Below, in pieces: positions 32,424 through 47,846 of a stretch of DNA of 54,701 nucleotides. Origin of the DNA: Schmidtea nova (taxonomy: Eukaryota); NCBI GenBank assembly GCA_044892505.1, contig JBJFYY010000101.1:1-54701 (forward strand), written 5' to 3'. Every line of letters starts with the position of its first letter. Positions within the stretch are counted from its first letter, which is position 1. The position numbers and the translations under genes are program-made. The notes under the pieces are model-generated. The model did not search any database, was not told where the DNA came from, and saw only the letters and a program-made list of their open reading frames with translations.

Positions 32424-32912
32424 CTAAACCTTAGTACTAAAGCGGGGACCGTTAAAGTAATTACGTACCTTAATCAAAATATTAACTAGTCTGTTCAACT
32501 GGTGGCAAGGAATATACAAAATGTAATAAAACAAACCAAACCCAGATAAAAAAGTCAAAAAACGAAGCTCAAGCTTCAAAATAAATATATAAATATCCAA
32601 ACTAATTACTAAAAGACGACGACAACGATATTCCTCCTTTTCCATAGAGCTAACGTTAAAAAACTTAAAGTAAATAATACCGAATCAATAGAAGTACAAA
32701 CAAAAAAAACGAAAAAAAGAGTTATAATACAAAGGAGCTAAAGAATGTAAAAAGCTCAAAAACTTACGAATTACTCAGACAAGACCACTACCAACACCTA
32801 AACCATAATAAAAAATACCAGAATGCTTATAATAAACTCAAACAAAAATATAAAGTATAACAAAAACCAGGAGCAAAGTACTATACGAAAACAAATTTGA
32901 TGTATGAACCAT
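32424..32912 (-). CDS. 162-aa MVH ORF (atp8-like), copy 2
   Basis: Same as 9262-9750. Confidence 0.7.
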
Positions 32913-32914
32913 TT

Positions 32915-33862
32915 CTAGGTTATAATGTAGTAAATATAGTACAAACTAAATAGAGAAGAAAGGATTAAAGAAGAAAAACTAAACAAATAACTATAATTAG
33001 AATGAAAAAACAAATCAGATAAAACTAAGACCATTATATACATGGATAAAACTATGATACTAACCAACAACAATAAAACAAAAGAACTATTTATAGTCAA
33101 GGGTGTTGCCAACAAAAACAACACAAACTTACAAGCAAACAGAATAAAAGGAGGGAAACCTGTTAAAGTAACATATAAAACTAATACTAAGTAAACAGAC
33201 ATATTTTTTAACTGGCTAAAATCATATAATGTCTGAACGTTATTATTGTAAATCAAATAAACAAATAATCTAAAAATCAATACTAAATAAACCAACCAAT
33301 ACTTCAAAGCACAATCAGAAGAAATTGTACAAATAAAAACAAACCAACTCGTGTGGAAAGTGGAAGATCAAAACAAATAGTATGCTAAATCTCGATAAAC
33401 TGATAACATGTAAAACAAAGAAATCAAGGAAACCACAAGACAACAAAAACCAAACTCAGAGTAAGGTAGCTTTGCTAAACCTATGTAAACAAAACAATAA
33501 ACAGACTTATGTATAACCAACATAAAAAACAAAACTAAATAGTTAAAATAAGAAACAACTGGAAAAAACCACCAAAACAAAGGAAAAAAAGACAACTTAA
33601 ACAAAACTGCTAAAGACAAAAAAAAAGTCTCCCTATAAATAGAAGACCATATAATAAAGATATCGCTAATTAAGGTAAACAAGAAATAAACAAAAACACC
33701 CAAATTTATGCTATAGTTATTAAAATAATTTAAAAGCATCATTGCTCTTAAAGATTTTAAAAGAACATAAAAATAGAATTTAGCATAACTTAACCTAAAA
33801 ATCAGCATAAAAGAAGAGTAAAAATATATTCCTCAATAACTAAAAAGCAATACGTGTAGCAA
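32915..33862 (-). CDS. nad2: nad2, copy 2
   Basis: Copy 1 +23162. Confidence 0.9.
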
Positions 33863-33863
33863 T

Positions 33864-33926
33864 AACCTAGGTGCATTAAAACACAATGCAAAGCTGCAAA
33901 CTTTGTATAAATAATTAATTCTAAGT
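33864..33926 (-). tRNA. trnA: tRNA-Ala, copy 2
   Basis: Copy 1 +23162. Confidence 0.85.
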
Positions 33927-34283
33927 TTAAAACTTCCAAACTAGCAAGCCGTTGAAATACTCCAACCAAACTCCTAATATTAACACAAATAAAAAATAAA
34001 AATAATATAAACGATTACCATACAAGTTGTTGAACACCTCATAAGGTAGCTGGAAGATAAAACACAACTCTATATCTAAAACAATAAACAAAATAACAAC
34101 TAAAAAAAAACGAAAAGAGAAAGGAAAACGAGAAACATCCTTAGAATCAAATCCACACTCATAAGTAGTTTGTGACTCACGAAAGTAATTATACCCCAAT
34201 AAATCTAATCAAATTAATCAAAAACATAATAAAACAATTAAAAAAAGAGTAAAAAGGCAGACTCCAGTTAAGACACTGTACAC
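33927..34283 (-). CDS. nad3: nad3, copy 2
   Basis: Copy 1 +23162. Confidence 0.95.
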
Positions 34284-34347
34284 CAAAGAATCCTAACAGA
34301 AATCTTAAACCTCCAAAGTTCATATTTTAATCTTAAACTATTCTAAG
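34283..34347 (-). tRNA. trnP: tRNA-Pro, copy 2
   Basis: Copy 1 +23162. Confidence 0.8.
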
Positions 34348-34384
34348 AACTAAATAGAATACAAAAAAACAACATATAAATAAC

Positions 34385-35260
34385 TTAATTATTCAAATAC
34401 TCATAAGTAGTAGAATACGTGTGTAGCACAGCTGGATGCTTAACAAAATGCAGATTGCAAGGAGAATCCAAAGTCACATCAAAATGCTTCTTACCAACTA
34501 AACCACGAAACCCCTGAGCATCAACACATTCTATAACAATAGGCATGTAAGTGTGATTAGCACCACAAACTTCTGAACATTGGCCTACAAACTTACCAAC
34601 ACGAGTAGAATAAAAAAACCCTTGATTAAGGCGACCTGGAATAGCATCAACCTTCAAGCCTGTTTGTGGTATTGAAAAACTGTGTGCAACATCTCTAGCA
34701 GTGACTAGAAAACGAGTATAGACTCGAAGAAACAAAATTAAAGGCTTATCTACTTTAGATTTACGACCAGTAGCATCAGGAACCCAATGAGAATTAAAAT
34801 CATAAGTCTTATAAAAACAAGAAGTATGCTCAGTAACAGTATCACGACGCTTACGAAGCAACACCAAATCCTTAAAACTACAAACGATACCACGACAACG
34901 ACGAACCACGTGATTGCTGTAAGTATACAAATAAAAAGACTCTACATATTTCCAATACCATTGGTGTCCTGTGACCTTAACTGTTTGCTTTGGAAGAGGT
35001 GCTATAGTAGTGCCTTGATACAAACCATAAAAACTAGGCATACAAATCAAACTAATAGCAATACCAGGAATATAAGTCCACCAAGATTCTATCTTATCTT
35101 TTTCCAACAAATCACGATAAGTTCAACCAATCAGACGAAGAAATATAATAACTAAACTAACGAATAATGCAATTGACCCTAAAACCGATAAAACAAAACA
35201 AAAGAAGAACTCAGAAATTTGATACAAAGGAGAAAAACCTTTCAATAAATTAGTACCCAT
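34385..35260 (-). CDS. cox2: cox2, copy 2
   Basis: Copy 1 +23162. Confidence 0.97.
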
Positions 35261-35325
35261 CAAAACCAAAGAAAACCTTATTATTAATTTTGAAAATTAA
35301 AAGTTTAAACTTAACCTATGGCTTT
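35261..35325 (-). tRNA. trnW: tRNA-Trp, copy 2
   Basis: Copy 1 +23162. Confidence 0.9.
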
Positions 35326-36211
35326 AATAAACAAGCAAAAAGATAAAATATATAATTACAAACAACAAACCTATTCTCCAAGACAAGTTCATTAACAAGT
35401 CATAACGAAATCGTGGAAAAGTGGAACGGAATCAAATAAACCAAAAAGAAACAACTACACCTAAAAACATGTTTAAGAAGCTAATAGACATTGAAACATA
35501 CAACAACAACCACAATATAGAAATAAACACTATCTGCCCATACTCTCCCAAGAACAAACAAGCAAACTCCATAGAACCGTATTCAGTATTAAAACCAGAA
35601 ACCAATTCACTCTCACCCTCAGAAAAATCAAAAGGAGAGCGGTTAGTCTCAGCCAATCTGCTAATTATAAACAACCCAGATAAGGGAGTCAATAAAAACA
35701 AGTATCAAAAACCCATTATTTTAAAGCTGATCACTGATAAAGTGAAATTCAACACTAATGGGAACAATAAAACAAAAACAAATAATGCCTCGTAAGATAT
35801 TACTTGAGAAGCACCACGAACAGAGCCCAACAACGTATACTTAGAGTTACAAGATCAACCAGAACCCAGTATGCAATATACATTTAATCTATTCAAACAA
35901 AAATAAATTAGGAAACTGAAAACAAAACAAAAAGCGGAAGTAACAAGAGGCAACAAACATCAAACCAAAAATAAGATAAAAACTGCTAACAAAGGTCTAA
36001 AACTAAAAAGGAGTTTGCTGGATAAAGAAAGCTTACCAAAACCCTTAAACAAAAGCTTTAGTGTATCTGCTAAAGGAGTTATCAACCCAACATAACCTAC
36101 CTTATTTGGTCCCTTACGAAGCTGAATGTACCTCATAATCTTACGTTCCAACATAGTTATAAAAACAACACTAATAACCAAACATAATCAAATAGCAAGA
36201 ATACCTAACAA
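35324..36211 (-). CDS. nad1: nad1, copy 2
   Basis: Copy 1 +23162. Confidence 0.97.
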
Positions 36212-36271
36212 TACACAAAACTAGGTTACCTGCTAGGTGTAAACTAGACATACTTATTATACTATTGTGTA
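36211..36271 (-). tRNA. trnV: tRNA-Val, copy 2
   Basis: Copy 1 +23162. Confidence 0.9.
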
Positions 36272-36272
36272 A

Positions 36273-36911
36273 CTAATCAGACATATACCTTTTCAACAAC
36301 AAACTGTAAACACTAGCCTGTATGACACTTACAAAAACCTCAAAAAACAAATAGAACATTACAAAAAACAAAACAAACAAACTCATTCTAAAAGAGAACG
36401 AAGAACCAAATAAATGTAAAAAAATATGCCCAGCTGTCATATTAACAGTTAAACGTAAAGCTAATGTAAAAATACGAACTCAATAACTAATAAACTCTAC
36501 AAAAAACAAGAAACCAGACAACACACCAGAACTAAAAGGAACAAAATGAGCAAACAAACCAACAAAACTGTTGACCAACCTGTAGACATAGATGCTAATG
36601 CACACAAACAAACTAAAAACAAAATTAACATAAACATGTGAAGTAACTCCAAAAAAATAAGGAAATAACCCTGAGATTTTAAAAAACAACACAAAGTAAA
36701 AAAGCAAGTAATTGAAAGATTGAAATGACTGATAAACCCATAAACGCGAGCCTTGGAACATATAGTTGAATAAACTAAACAAGGAGTACGGGTTAAATGT
36801 ATAAAAATGTCAAGCAACAAACAACACTAAAAACAAAGATACAGCTCAAGGATCAAATATTAGAGAATTAAAAAACTTAACATCTAAAGCTGAAAACACA
36901 TTGTTCATCAT
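36273..36911 (-). CDS. atp6: atp6, copy 2
   Basis: Copy 1 +23162. Confidence 0.95.
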
Positions 36912-37094
36912 CAAATTGGGAGAAAAACTCTAAAACAGATTAAGAGTCTGCCACTTAAACAAAAGATTCCAATTATAGGGCTAGTCCTTCCTTGTAAACC
37001 AAAATAACAAATGCATAAACACTCAAAAAAATAGCAATGAGAATTACCTACAATTTACTATATCAGAGTAACCTACTTATGCAGTCCTATTGCT
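36912..37094 (-). tRNA. Copy 2 cluster: trnK, trnQ, trnI
   Basis: Copy 1 +23162. Confidence 0.85.
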
Positions 37095-37904
37095 TTACTG
37101 TATGTAGTAACCAAACCAATATACAAAAAAATAAAGAAACAGCCAAACCACATCAACAAAATGCCAATATCAAATAGAACACTCTAAACCAATATGCTGC
37201 TTATTAGAAAACAAGCTAAAACGAACACGATACAACCTAACTGATATGAAGACTAAGCCCAAAATAACGTGGAAACCATGAAAACCAGTCAACATAAAAA
37301 ACACACTACCATAGACAGTACTTTTTATACTAATGTAACTCATAATATATTCCCTCACCTGGAAAAACAAAAAAAACACACCATAAAACAACGTAATAAA
37401 ATAACTTCAGTCTAAAGGAGTGTTAGAAGGAACTCTCACATAAACCAAACCACTAGAAATAACACAGTAATGACAAAAAGTAATGCTAACACCAGAAGAC
37501 AACAACAAAACCGTATTCAACAAAGGAAGACCAAATGGGTCTATAACTAATCTGTTAAACATGAAGGGGGGCCAAGTATCAATGCTAACTCCTGGATTTA
37601 AGCAGTTATGGAAATAACTTCAAAAAAAACCAAAGAAAAACATAACCTCAGAGCAAACAAACAACAGAAAGCCAACTCGCAACCCTAAAGAAACTAAATT
37701 AGTAGTATTACCTGTCGAGGATTCTAAAGTAATGTCACAAAACCAACAATAAACACAAAAAAGCAAGTAAACAATAGAAATAACAAACACATACTTAAAA
37801 CCAAAGTTCAAGTAGTAAAGAAAAGATACTACCAAAAAAAACAAAGAATAAGAAGTAACACCAGGCCACGGGCTAATGCGAACCATGTGACAGCTAAAAA
37901 ACAA
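37095..37904 (-). CDS. cox3: cox3, copy 2
   Basis: Copy 1 +23162. Confidence 0.97.
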
Positions 37905-37905
37905 A

Positions 37906-38083
37906 CATCAGAAAGATATAAAACTTTAGTTTTGGGTCGTAACCAAACCCTTTCAGGTCTCTGATATAGGAATGAATCCCTTCACCTAATAACCGACAAT
38001 TATTTATTCTAAATAAACTAATTCCTAAAAACAGGGAATAAAAGTAATCCTTCATCTACTTTCAAAGTAAACATAAACTGTCT
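37906..38083 (-). tRNA. Copy 2 cluster: trnR, trnD, trnS2
   Basis: Copy 1 +23162. Confidence 0.88.
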
Positions 38084-39679
38084 CTATAATAAACAAATAA
38101 AAAGCAAGATAACAAAAGAAATAAAAGAATATAAACCCATGTTCAACAAAACTCTGCTATAAAAAAATTTCAAATAACGAATATAGCATAAATTACCTAA
38201 ACTCACAATAAAACTAAGAAAAAATATACCCAAATCCAAAAGATAGTAAAAAGAACCAACCTTCAAACTAAAATAAGAAAAAAGCAAATAAAATATTTTC
38301 AAATAATTATAAGAATAAGCCTTACTAGCCCCAGTGTGCTGCAAAAAAAAAAAAAAAAAAATATACATGGCTAAAAGCCATGCAGAACTTACACCGATTA
38401 AATCCCTGGTATCCAAGCTAAACAAATAAGTACCTAAGACCATGACTAACGCGTATAAAATATAAAAAGGAAGATAAGACCATCTAGATTTTCTAGAAGT
38501 AACTAAATACTTATTCAAATCCCCTAACAAAATTCTAATAAAACGATAAGAATAAATAAAAGTTAATAACAAAGAAAAAGAAAACAGAACCCTATATACT
38601 AAGCTATATCTACAAGTAAACACCCTAGACAACACCAACTCCTTTGTATAAAACGAAGACATAAAAGGAACACCAAACAAAGAAAATGCATCAACCATCA
38701 TAAAAAATGAAACCAATGGGATAGAGTAACCCAAAGAATTCAATAAACGAAAGTCTTGATTGTGTCTGCCAGAAACACTTACAGTACCAAGCACAACAAA
38801 CATAGAAGCCTTGAAAAGAGCATGAACAAGCATGTAAAAAAAAAACAACTTTATAAAGCCATATCTCAACAAACAACCCATAAACCCCAATTGACTAAGA
38901 GTAGAGTAAGCAACTAACTTCTTTGAGTCAAAAGTCAACAATGCACTACAACTGCCTAGAAACAAAGTAACTAAACTTAAAAATCTAAACATAAAGATGA
39001 AATCTAAAGAAAGGCTGTCAAATAAACGAAAAAGCATATATAAACCAGCAACAACTAAAGTAGAAGAGTGTACTAAAGCTGAAACAGGGGTAGGGGCAGA
39101 CATAGCCTCTGGTAACCAATAGCTAAAAGGATATACGGCACTCTTAGTAAAAAAAGCGATAACTAAGAAAACAATAACCAAACAATCCAAAGACAATGCG
39201 GAAAAAGAAAACCTAAAAAAGTATCACACCAAACTAACTAAATAAAGAGAATCACCCAAACGTTTAACTAAAAAAGTCTTAAGGCTAGCTGAAAAACTAG
39301 AACCACAACCATATCAACTTACTAAGAAAAAGCTAACAAACCCTAAACCATCCCAACCAACAAGAAAAGAAACAAACCTAGGTGAAATAATTAGTAAGAC
39401 CATGGAAAACACAAAAAGATTGAAAACAAAAACAAAACGATACAAATTGACTTCATCAACAAAATAATAAACCATAAAAGAGTTAACACTTCTCACTATT
39501 AGTAGTAAGACTGCAATAAACATAAAACTATACCAATCAAAAAACATAAAAAAAGAAAAATAATCAAAAGAATTAATCAAATAAAGATCATAAACTAAAA
39601 CTGTAGAACCACCCTCAAGAGAAAGTATTAAAAAAACAATAAACAAGAACATAAAAAAGCGAGTGTAAAAAAACAACAT
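38084..39679 (-). CDS. nad5: nad5, copy 2
   Basis: Copy 1 +23162. Confidence 0.97.
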
Positions 39680-40129
39680 TTAAATAACAAAAGGACGTAA
39701 TGAACCAAATCTACCTGCAATCACATTAACAACGTACAAAATGTACACCAAAAAGACAACTAAAACAAAAACAAAATAAATCTCATAACGAGTAAACAAC
39801 AAATAATTAAAGCTGTCACTACAAGAAAACAACAGATCAAGATCCTCAAAAACCAAACAAAACAATACAACCAACAAAAAGAAAAATACTATCAACCTAT
39901 ATAAATAAGAATAAGTAAACCCTACGATAGATTTGGAGTTAACAGACAGCACATATATAAAAAGAACTAACAACCCACCAACATAAACCAAAAAAAACAA
40001 CAAACCATACCAAAATAAATCGTATAAGCTGAATAAATAGAGTGTGCAAAAAACAAAAAAGATTAAAACAAGAAACAAGTAGTAAACCCTAAAAGAACAA
40101 AAAACAAACAACAATAAAAAACCAGTCAT
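39680..40129 (-). CDS. nad6: nad6, copy 2
   Basis: Copy 1 +23162. Confidence 0.92.
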   Translation of the reverse strand: MTGFLLLFVFCSFRVYYLFLVLIFFVFCTLYLFSLYDLFWYGLLFFLVYVGGLLVLFIYVLSVNSKSIVGFTYSYLYRLIVFFFLLVVLFCLVFEDLDLLFSCSDSFNYLLFTRYEIYFVFVLVVFLVYILYVVNVIAGRFGSLRPFVI

Positions 40130-40135
40130 TACAAC

Positions 40136-40204
40136 CAGCAGGTTAATACAAACTTACCTAGAAATAGAAAATTTCTTGTTCTAACAACTTAAACTAAACC
40201 TACC
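40136..40204 (-). tRNA. trnE: tRNA-Glu, copy 2
   Basis: Copy 1 +23162. Confidence 0.75.
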
Positions 40205-40213
40205 AACTAAAAC

Positions 40214-42030
<1,817 letters not shown>

Positions 42031-42038
<8 letters not shown>

Positions 42039-42303
42039 GCTTAGGTGGGATATGTTCAACAGGAATGCCTGGTGCAGTATAAGAAGGCCAAGCTATGCAC
42101 CAATACATAAGACATATCCAAGCATACATAAACAAAGCAAACATAACTAAAGCACCAAAACTACCAAATAACCTTGAAAAAAAACGCTTCTTATAATAAT
42201 CAGAATTACCAGGATTCACAACCTTGGCAGAACTACTGCTAGTAACAGAGAGTTTTAAAACAACAGACTTAGAAACTAATAAACCATTGCTAACAACATT
42301 CAT
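42031..42303 (-). CDS. Orphan 90-aa ORF, copy 2
   Basis: Identical translation in the ORF track. Confidence 0.55.
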
Positions 42304-42360
42304 ATGTTACAAGACATGTAAATCAAAGATAAAACAAAAATTTACCTTCCATTTGCAACT

Positions 42361-43719
42361 TTAAATAATTAGCGAATTCACTAATAAGATTGATAGAAAA
42401 CAAACTACCCTAATAAAAAAGAATCCCAAATAAATACCAAAATCAGATATGTAACTGAAAGAGACTAAGTTGGAACTGTAACCAGAAGAAACTAGAAGAT
42501 AAAACAAGACACAATAAAAACCACAAAATAAAACATTGATAAACATAAAAATAAAAGAGAAATAAGCAATATTATGACACAAATAAATAAAAATAACTTC
42601 AGAAAAAAAACCCAAACTAAAAGGAAATGAACAATTTAAAACAAGAAACAAAGTTACAAAAAAAACAAACAGAGAGTAAACATACAAATAACCTCGATTT
42701 AAATAAAAACTACGAGAATGCGTTAAAGAAAACATATATCCAGAACTAACAAACAAACCAAAAGAAACAAGACCATGAGAAAAAGACAAAATTAAAGCAG
42801 CTAACAAAGAAAATGAACTACCAGACCAAAAAGTAAGAGAAACCAAAGACATGTGTACTATTGAAGAATAAGCTATAAAAGACTTTCTATCAAACTGACG
42901 AGTAGTACTATATTTAGACATAAACACACTAAAACATAAATAAACAAACAGAAAAGAAAATATAAAATGAAGATAATACAAACCAAACAAAGAATTAAAG
43001 TAGCGAATAACACCATAAACGCCTAGCTTAACCATCAGAGAAGCTAACAAAACAGAACCAACTACCGGAGCTTCGACATGTGCCTTTGGTAACCAGGAGT
43101 GTAACCCTCAAACAGGAAACTTAAAAAAGAAACCTAAAACAATAATTAAAAAATAAAACCTAAATAACCAACCTAACCCTAAACTAACATAATCAGAAGA
43201 CAAAGTCAACAAAAATAGTAATGAGCCAAAAAAAACAGAAGAATCAACAATAACATACAACAAAGAAACAACAAAAAAAACAGGAAGAGAACCACAAAAA
43301 GAATATATTAAAAAATAACTGACCGCCTCTATACGCTCTGGTTTATAACCCCAAACAACAATAATCAAATAAATTAAGAAAAATGAAAACTCAAAAAATA
43401 CAAATACATATAACATGTTTTTGGACGAATAAAACAAAAATATACTCAGAGATACCGAAGATAACAAAAAACAAAGAGAATGAGAAAAAAAACCATAATC
43501 AACAACAGATATAAACATAAAGACCAATAAAACCAAAAGCAAGAAAACAAAATTGAAAGAACTAACACTGAAATACAAAGAACTAAAAGAAAACAACCTA
43601 AAAAAAGAATAATTATAATATATAAAAAAATACACACACAAAAGTAAATAAAAAAAAACCAAAGAGACATAGTTTAAACAAAAGTACCTAATAGGCAATA
43701 AAAGTTTTAGAACAAACAT
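42361..43719 (-). CDS. nad4: nad4, copy 2
   Basis: Copy 1 +23163. Confidence 0.96.
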
Positions 43720-43981
43720 TAATACGCGACTCGCTATGTAAAAATTTGACTAAAACAGAAAAACTAACTGCAGATTCAGAAACAAACAAAGCTAAAATAA
43801 ACAACAACACTATAAAACCATAAAAATACAATGAAAGACCTAAAGAAACATAAACAAGAAGCATACAGATCTCTAAAAATAAAAAAAACTTCAAAATACG
43901 AAAACTCAAACAATACAAAAAAAAGATATTCAAAAACAAAAAGAAGCCTACCAACGAATCAACGAAACTAACTCTAATCAA
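43688..43981 (-). CDS. nad4L: nad4L, copy 2
   Basis: Copy 1 +23163. Confidence 0.88.
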   Translation of the reverse strand: MIRVSFVDSLVGFFLFLNIFFLYCLSFRILKFFLFLEICMLLVYVSLGLSLYFYGFIVLLFILALFVSESAVSFSVLVKFLHSESRINVCSKTFIAY

Positions 43982-45039
43982 GGAAAATCAAAAAACAAAA
44001 TGAAATACAAAAAATAAAAAAAAGAACTAACCACACTGACTGCCACATAAGGAGAGTCAACAGACAACCCACCTAAAACTGTTAACAGTAAAAATTTTAA
44101 AAAAAAAAAAAAAAAAAAAATTAAATTAAAATAATCCATAACTACCATTTCCAAAGGGTAATTAAAAAATGGAATAACAAAATAAATAAATATAAAAAGA
44201 AACAGAAATATCACACCACCTAGCTTATTCGGAACAGAACGAAGAACAGCATAAGCAGCTAAAAAATATCACTCAGGCTTTATGTGGGCAGGGGTAGACA
44301 AAAATTTAGCTTCCTCAAAATTAGAACTATCAAACTGAAAAAAAGGAACAAACAAAACTAAATACAAAAACAAAACAAATAGAATAATAAAACCCAAAAA
44401 ATCATTTATAACAAAATAAGGACTAAACATTAACGAACGTCCCTTAGAACTAATCCCTAAAGGGTTACCTCTCCCATCTACATGTAAAAAAAACAAGTGA
44501 AAAAAAATAAATAAAACTAAAACAAAAGGCAACAAGTAATGTAGAACAAAAAAACGAGATAGAGTAGGAGAAGATATTGAAAAACCACCTCACAACCAAC
44601 TAACCAAAACAGAACCAAAATAAGGGACAGCAGATAGTAAGCTAGTGATAACCGTGGCACCTCATAAAGACATTTTTCCTCAAGGAAGTACATAACCCAA
44701 AAAAGCAATGGCCATGCACAGCACAAAGATAAAACAACCAACCAATCAAGTACTGGCTCTTAAAAAACTGTATTTATATAAACCACGAAATAAGTGTAAA
44801 TAAATAAAAAAAAAAAAAAAAGAAGCACCTATTCTATGTACACTACGAAATAAAAAACCAAAAAAAACCTCACGATAAAACAAGTCCAATGATTCAAAAG
44901 AACCTGAAACAGAAGGAAGATAAACAGAAGACAAAAAAAAACCAGAAACAAACTGAACAGCAAACCAAACTAACAACAAAGAGCCAAAACATCAAAAATA
45001 ATCTATTTTCTTAGGAGTGGGTAAGTATACTGTGGACAT
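43948..45039 (-). CDS. cob: cob, copy 2
   Basis: Copy 1 +23163. Confidence 0.97.
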
Positions 45040-45100
45040 CACTATCCGACGTTGGTTCAAAAATACTATAGAAGGCACACGACTACAGAAAAACAAGGCA

Positions 45101-45159
45101 ATGAAACTGGATAAACCATTGATAAGTTAAAAACTTATTGTTATTTAAACTAAATTTAA
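45101..45159 (-). tRNA. trnN-derived UUU tRNA-like gene, copy 2
   Basis: Same loop sequence as 21938-21996. Confidence 0.55.
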
Positions 45160-45162
45160 CAA

Positions 45163-45309
45163 GATTCAAAAGAATCTTAGACATAAGGAAGATAAACAGA
45201 AGACAAAAAAACCAGAAAAAAACTGAATAGCAAACCAAACTAACAACAAAGAGCCAAAGCATCAAAAATAATATATTTTCTTAGGAATGGGTATGTATAC
45301 TGTGGACAT
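45163..45309 (-). pseudogene. cob 5' fragment, copy 2
   Basis: Copy 1 +23163. Confidence 0.9.
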
Positions 45310-45368
45310 CTCTATCCACGTTGGTTCAAAAACACAGTAGAAGATACACGACTACAGAAAATACGGCA

Positions 45369-45616
45369 ATGAAACTGGATAAACCACCAATAAGTTAACA
45401 GCTTATTATTCTTATTTAAACTAAATTTCACAGTAAGCTCTAAAAGATTGTGAAGGTTGCAACTTCGTGTATTAAATTATACTAAACTTACAAAGAAGTG
45501 GTAAATAAAACATAATCAGGCTTACAAGACCTTATACTCAAAATGACAAATCTACACTAAAGGGTAAAACCTTCAAAGGAGCTTAAATCCAACACATAAA
45601 CATCTGCCACTATAGC
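45369..45616 (-). tRNA. Copy 2 cluster: trnN, trnC, trnT, trnL2
   Basis: Copy 1 +23163. Confidence 0.85.
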
Positions 45617-46521
45617 AATACAAATTAGCTTCCTTTCGTACAACAAACCTATATTCAAGATAAAAACCAACCTGATTTACATCGGTCTAAACTCAAATCA
45701 CGAATAATATTACTAGTCGAACAGACTAAAAACAAAAGCAGCTTCACCAATATTTAATTACAATTCAACATCGAGGTAGAAAACAAAATCTTCAATATGT
45801 CCTCCAAAATTCTATCTCCCTGTTATCCCTAAGGAAGTTCTGTTTAACAAATAAATTTTTAAAACAAATACAGATACCCCAACAAATAACTTCACAAATT
45901 GCACTAAGTTTTAAACTCACTAGGGTCTTTTCGTCATTAACAATAAAAACCGAATCTTTACAGAAAAAATAAATTATAAAAACAAATCTATTAATAACTT
46001 ATCGCCTATCATTAACCCATTCAAACAATTCTGAAATTATCAGACAAACAATTATGCTACCTTCGTACAGTTAAAATACTGCAGCTATTTAAATACAACA
46101 TTGAGCAGAAAAATACATTTTAATAAAAAAGAAATGTTTTTAAAAAACAGTTGTAAACGCACAGAGTTATATAAAAAATAATAGAAAATAATTGTGTAAT
46201 TACTAGACTGAAAGTCGCCTATTGATCAACAACCAGCTTAGACTTATTTTAAACAATCAAAAGTAATAATATTAAAAATAAAACAATAAAAAAGAACAAT
46301 AAACCCAATAAACTAAAAGCTTATCCCACTCTTAAAAAAAACTAGAAATAAAAATACGAAAACATCTCACTACTACAATTCTAATGTAAGTTAACTATTA
46401 ATCAACAACAAATAAACAAAACACATAGAAAGTATATCAAATCTTATACGAGATTAAATAAACCATAAAATACCTACAAACCGTGATACAAAAAGGTCAA
46501 ACCTTCTCTAATATTTGTAAC
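45617..46521 (-). rRNA. rrnL: rrnL, second full copy
   Basis: 22454-23358 +23163. Confidence 0.95.
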
Positions 46522-46929
46522 ATGAAGAAATTAAGTTGTAATCTTAATAAAAATTAGTTAGTAGCAAATCGTCCATATACTTGTTCTTCACAATGACTTG
46601 TAGTTAGTAACTATCGCGATAATAAAATAAGGCTATCCATAAAAATAGGACAAGTCTGGATGAAGAAGTTAAGTTGTAATCTTAACTGAAATAGCTTATA
46701 GCGAATCATCCAGTACGTGTTCTTCATCAAATGTCATAAAAGATCTATTATTTGGAAAATAATCATAATATATTATACTAACATAAGAATAAATTCTGAA
46801 GAGCAAAAACCCACCTATACATTTACAATGTAATCTTCTAGAAATTAAAATACTCAGAAAACCATAAAAGAAACCCATAAGATTTATAATCAAGACCTAA
46901 ACTTGAAGCATTACCTCTGCCACATTTAC
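46522..46929 (-). tRNA. Copy 3 cluster: trnS1, element X, trnS1-like, trnG, trnY, trnL1
   Basis: Copy 2 +23163. Confidence 0.85.
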
Positions 46930-47653
46930 AAGCACAATTTCTATTATGCTTACCATGTTACGACTTAACTCTTCATATAAAAATCAGAGATTGACGGGCG
47001 GTATGTACTAAGTTCAAGAAAAAATTCACAACAACCAAATTATTTAACTATTACTATTTAGTCCTACCTAACACCCATCTTTTCACCAAGTATCTTACAA
47101 TGTAGCAAAGAAATAATCCTAAGAAATGCAGCACAATGATTTGCAGTAAAGAAAACCTAGAAACTAAGCTATCCATCAGTTGTACAACCGTACACTAGCA
47201 ACCAACATTTGATTCTAGGCAAAATAATAAGTGAATACTCTCTTCTAATCCCATGCTCCCCAAACAATTTAAACAACTGCCAAGTCATTTCATTTCGATG
47301 TGGTAATAAAATAACAAATCCTTATAAATAAGTAACAAATCATGTCTAAAAAGGAATTTAGAATAAGATGAGCAACAAACCTTACCATAAATTAAACACA
47401 AAATAGTATGTTAAAACTCAAACTATTTACACCAACATTTAAACCAAATAGAATTACAAAGTGTAACCGCAGAAGCTGGCACTCAATTTATCTCCTATAT
47501 TACAAATGTTAACTTAAACAATAGCTAAAGATTAAATTTTTAAAAACACACGTCTAACAAAAACCACGAACTAAAACGAAAGTGATAGCAAACAACAAAT
47601 TACTTATAACGTTTATAACTTGTAAGTTTAAAAAGCCAAGACAAAACTCTAAG
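46930..47653 (-). rRNA. rrnS: rrnS, copy 3
   Basis: Copy 2 +23163. Confidence 0.95.
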
Positions 47654-47846
47654 TGTTTCAAGAAAAAACCTTCAACTGAGATCCTTCAAAACCCTGCTTT
47701 AAATTAAGCTATCGAAACAAGAAAAAGTGCAAAACAACCGATAACTCCACAAATTACCATTCTAAAATAAACTACTTTAACAATGTGAAAGGGAATTACT
47801 CGATTACAGAATATGAATCTATCAGTTTAAATTAACTTACCAACAC
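47654..47846 (-). tRNA. Copy 3 cluster: trnF, trnH, trnM
   Basis: Copy 2 +23163. Confidence 0.88.
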